A stretch of 64,000 nucleotides of DNA from a virus: IMG/VR virus record IMGVR_UViG_3300045988_091501, positions 32,001 through 96,000 of that record; one strand, given 5' to 3'. Below, piece after piece: positions 61,427 through 64,000 of this stretch (its first letter is position 1; each line of letters starts with the position of its first letter). The notes below the pieces were generated by a model that was not told the origin of the DNA, did no database searches, and saw only the letters and a program-made list of their open reading frames with translations. A program made the translations under genes and the position numbers.

Positions 61427-61436
61427 CTGGATTTTT
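61408..61436 (-). terminator. intrinsic terminator overlapping the next promoter
   Basis: Minus strand: AAAAATCCAG-ttgacaaga-CTGGATTTTT. The loop is the -35 hexamer of promoter 61398-61426. Confidence 0.65.
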
Positions 61437-61443
61437 AATAAAT

Positions 61444-61827
61444 TTAGAAATTAACATTTGCTAATATATCATTCAATTCTTTCTTTGTTGTTTCGCCTAA
61501 CTCTAAATCAAGAATAATTTGAGCAATTTTATCATCACACTCTTTTCTTAATTTTCTCTCTAACTCATATCTTTTATCTCTTCTTGTATTGTCACCTAAA
61601 TAATAAAGACGACAATCAATAATCTCAGCATCCTTCCTTTGTAACATACCGTACTTTTCTGCAATTTGTCTTGCCTTGACATTTGTTTCATTAACTAATG
61701 CTTTAATTTCATCAATCATCTTATCATAATCTTCTTGATAATCATTAGGAATTAAATCAAGTTTCTCTTGATACTTCTTTGTTACCTCTCTTGTGATATA
61801 ATCCTTAATTACTCCTGTTACTCTCAT
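61444..61827 (-). CDS. hypothetical protein
   Basis: 127 aa, followed by the terminator/promoter hairpin at 61408-61436. Confidence 0.65.
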   Translation of the reverse strand: MRVTGVIKDYITREVTKKYQEKLDLIPNDYQEDYDKMIDEIKALVNETNVKARQIAEKYGMLQRKDAEIIDCRLYYLGDNTRRDKRYELERKLRKECDDKIAQIILDLELGETTKKELNDILANVNF

Positions 61828-61844
61828 TGTTTAGTCTCCTTTCT

Positions 61845-62396
61845 TTAAATTCCATACTTTTCAAATAAATTTCTTTGTGGTGCAAATTCACCAAAATATT
61901 CTTTTTCTGCTCTTAATCTTGCTATAATGGCATCTTCTAAATTCTTATAAGAACCTAAGTTAATCTTTTTATGATTATAACCTATTCTTGCAACATAACT
62001 ATTATGTTCTATACTTACACCCATAAAAGGACACTTGCTATTTTTAGGTTTCGATTGATTGTTGCTATTTTGTTTGGGAGTGCATATCCTTAAATTTAAT
62101 TTTCTATTGTCTAAACGATTATTATTGATGTGGTCTATATTTCTCTCTTTATCTTCAATACCCATAATTATGTTATGTAGCCTTACTAATTTTTTATTTT
62201 TGTAATCTCTTGCTCTAACATATAAATTATCTATACTCCAACAATATTCCTTAATTTTATCATAGTCTTCTAAATCAAAATAAAATTTTTCACCTTTAGA
62301 AGTATACCCAATTCCGTATTCACCAGTTAAATCGTAAGTATTATATCTTTTATTTCCATGCAAAGTTAAATTACCACCTCTAATCTTCGTATTCAA
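61845..62396 (-). CDS. HNH endonuclease with C-terminal AP2 DNA-binding domain
   Basis: NIDHINNNRLDNRKLNLRICTPKQN (HNH_3). FMGVSIEHNSYVARIGYNHKKINLGSYKNLEDAIIARLRAE (AP2). There is no in-frame ATG near the 5' end. The start is TTG 62396 or TTG 62363 after AGAGGTGG, and it overlaps the dnaB 3' end. Confidence 0.75.
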   Translation of the reverse strand: MNTKIRGGNLTLHGNKRYNTYDLTGEYGIGYTSKGEKFYFDLEDYDKIKEYCWSIDNLYVRARDYKNKKLVRLHNIIMGIEDKERNIDHINNNRLDNRKLNLRICTPKQNSNNQSKPKNSKCPFMGVSIEHNSYVARIGYNHKKINLGSYKNLEDAIIARLRAEKEYFGEFAPQRNLFEKYGI

Positions 62397-63903
62397 TCTT
62401 TAACTTATCTACATTGATAGGATTGTTTTGCTTATCAGTACAAAACATATCTAATGTTCTACTTGTCGATAAATCAATATACTGAAATACTTTAATATTC
62501 TTTGGATATTTACTACCACGACCTTTAATAATATGTATGACATTGTTTGGATAAATTGTACTACCAAATGATTGTTTATTATTCTTACAATTCCACTTGG
62601 CAATAGCAGATTCAAGTTGTGACAGTTCTTTCTTTGTTGGTGGTAACATAATCATTGTTCCATCTGTTTTACGCACTTGGGATTTACCACCAGCTAAACA
62701 AGATTCTGTTGGATATTCCATATTATCTTCTTGTCCATTTGTTTGAACGGCAGAAATTAAACTAACTCCACATTCACGTTGTACTTGTTTAAGCCTATCT
62801 GTTAATGCAAGCAATACCATATCTTCTCTTTGTGGTACTTTTGTTTCACTTGATATTTCTTTACTTACGAACCCATTATTACTAATGTAATCATAGCATA
62901 TTGTTTTAACATTTTTATTTAAAGCATAGTCTTTAATCGTTTCAGTTAAACTTTTTGTCGTAAACTCTGGATCGTCACAAATATATAACTCACTGTCAAG
63001 GAGAATTTCATTTGCTTTATCAACTCTTTCTTCTTCACCTTCTTCATAACTGCCATCAATAATATGATTTCTTGGAACACCACTTATCCATGCAATAATC
63101 ATAGGGTCAAGTTCATCTCTTAAATCAAGTTCTGTATTTATAAATAATCCAGCACCCTTTCTTGATTTATTTTTAACATAGCATTGTTTGTTTAAATCAT
63201 AATATTCTTTAATTGTAGCTTTACATAAATCGCCCATAGAAAGAATAGATTTGCCACCACCGCTTTTTGCTCCACGAATGATAAAACCATACATACCTCT
63301 ATAAATACCATTGAGATATTCTGATTGAAAACTATTGCCAATCAAAGGTGATTCTTTGAATCTTTCTTTAGACTCCATAAAATCAGTCCCAGCTACATAT
63401 TCTTCCTTTACACGTTTAACATTAAATTGTCGTTTAATTCCTACTTGTAATCCTTCATAATAGTTAATAATATCCTCAATGCTATATTGGTTCAAATTCT
63501 CAAGTTGACTTTCTTCACTTTTATCTTCATCATAGAATTTCTTAATGTCAAACCCTTTTTCTTTATAAGCATTAAGACAACTGAATTTCCTAAACTCTGT
63601 ATAATAGTATCCAAAGTTATCAACATCTGTTAATTCAATAACTGTTGCTATATAATCTTCAAAATTGTTATCCTCTAACACGTTATATTCACTTACAAAA
63701 GGTTTAACAAACTCATCTATATCCATGATACTAACGCTTTTACAACCGTTTAATGCCAAATTATATATCGTAGCATATAATATCTTTTGAAACAATATAG
63801 TCCATTCGTCTTTGTCAAGTGGATATTTTGAATCAAGCGTTAATTCGGGTCGTTGTAAATAGCAACCAAGTAAACGGTCGTTTATAGTATGATTAACCAA
63901 CAT
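62380..63903 (-). CDS. dnaB: DnaB-like replicative DNA helicase
   Basis: 507 aa. N-terminal DnaB-like region (INDRLLGCYLQRPEL) and Walker A FIIRGAKSGGGKS. RecA-like C-terminal domain. Confidence 0.8.
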   Translation of the reverse strand: MLVNHTINDRLLGCYLQRPELTLDSKYPLDKDEWTILFQKILYATIYNLALNGCKSVSIMDIDEFVKPFVSEYNVLEDNNFEDYIATVIELTDVDNFGYYYTEFRKFSCLNAYKEKGFDIKKFYDEDKSEESQLENLNQYSIEDIINYYEGLQVGIKRQFNVKRVKEEYVAGTDFMESKERFKESPLIGNSFQSEYLNGIYRGMYGFIIRGAKSGGGKSILSMGDLCKATIKEYYDLNKQCYVKNKSRKGAGLFINTELDLRDELDPMIIAWISGVPRNHIIDGSYEEGEEERVDKANEILLDSELYICDDPEFTTKSLTETIKDYALNKNVKTICYDYISNNGFVSKEISSETKVPQREDMVLLALTDRLKQVQRECGVSLISAVQTNGQEDNMEYPTESCLAGGKSQVRKTDGTMIMLPPTKKELSQLESAIAKWNCKNNKQSFGSTIYPNNVIHIIKGRGSKYPKNIKVFQYIDLSTSRTLDMFCTDKQNNPINVDKLKIEYED

Positions 63904-63913
63904 AGTTCATCTC

Positions 63914-64000
63914 CTAAATAATTATTGTTTTGACATTGTTTTCTATTTCAATATCACCCTCATCTGTAGTTCTTGACCCATAATAATACCCTCCACCATC
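63914..64000 (-). CDS. 3' end of an ORF that continues beyond the right edge
   Basis: The minus-strand frame reads ...DGGGYYYGSRTTDEGDIEIENNVKTIII, then TAG at 63914-63916, 8 nt before the dnaB SD. Function unknown. Confidence 0.4.
   Translation of the reverse strand, partial: DGGGYYYGSRTTDEGDIEIENNVKTIII

Noticed and set aside
1-64000. A CRISPR array, integrase/attP, a reverse transcriptase (DGR or retron), a transposase, or rRNA.
   Set aside because: I saw no direct-repeat/spacer array. No ORF showed tyrosine or serine recombinase, RT (YxDD) or DDE motifs, and there were no rRNA-like stretches. Lysogeny functions, if any, must lie outside this window.

Overview
This window is a low-GC segment of a tailed phage or prophage, and it contains no obvious host genes. 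The host is probably an anaerobic, spore-forming Firmicute. That is an inference from nrdDG, a SleB-like hydrolase, a SPOR-domain endolysin, and AgrB-like and BclA-C-like genes.

There are two convergent transcription blocks that meet at a terminator near 32.42-32.46 kb.

(1) Plus strand, 1-32417: the late virion and lysis block. In order it holds the capsid gene 3' end, head-completion genes, an Ig-tagged tail tube gene, a roughly 7-kb accessory island, chaperone-position ORFs, a RuvC-like resolvase, a 1413-aa tape measure, fibre and baseplate-like genes interspersed with HNH genes, a holin, and a three-domain endolysin. The accessory island (6.2-13.3 kb) carries Q/N-rich, Gly/Cys-rich and C1q/BclA-like proteins, a MazF-family toxin with an atypical upstream partner, membrane-protein pairs, an AgrB-like protein without a visible AgrD, and an XhlA-like protein.

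(2) Minus strand, 32458-64000: the early replication and nucleotide-metabolism block. It holds a DnaB-like helicase, DnaE-like Pol III alpha, a RecD-like helicase, a DHH/RecJ-like protein, a Sak4-like ATPase, an SSB-like protein, NrdD/NrdG, dCMP deaminase, dUTPase, a ThyX-fold protein with a degenerate signature, C5-cytosine methyltransferase, a DenV-like glycosylase, Gp157, an HPr/Crh-like protein, a DUF2829 (Tad2-like) fusion, and many small ORFs. It also has a roughly 0.9-kb promoter-driven noncoding region with one clear but odd tRNA and several tRNA-like pieces.

The main observations worth follow-up:
- The accessory island itself and its toxin and agr-like modules.
- Compact cassettes in which a near-consensus TTGACA-17-TATAAT promoter sits inside a hairpin whose 3' arm is the next gene's Shine-Dalgarno sequence.
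- A hairpin plus GTACATA element at a fixed distance from several late start codons.
- Twin palindromes at the methyltransferase promoter.
- A GC-rich patch in a fibre gene.
- A tRNA with a UAU anticodon and a 19-nt variable region.

All functional calls come from reading motifs by eye. No database search was run.
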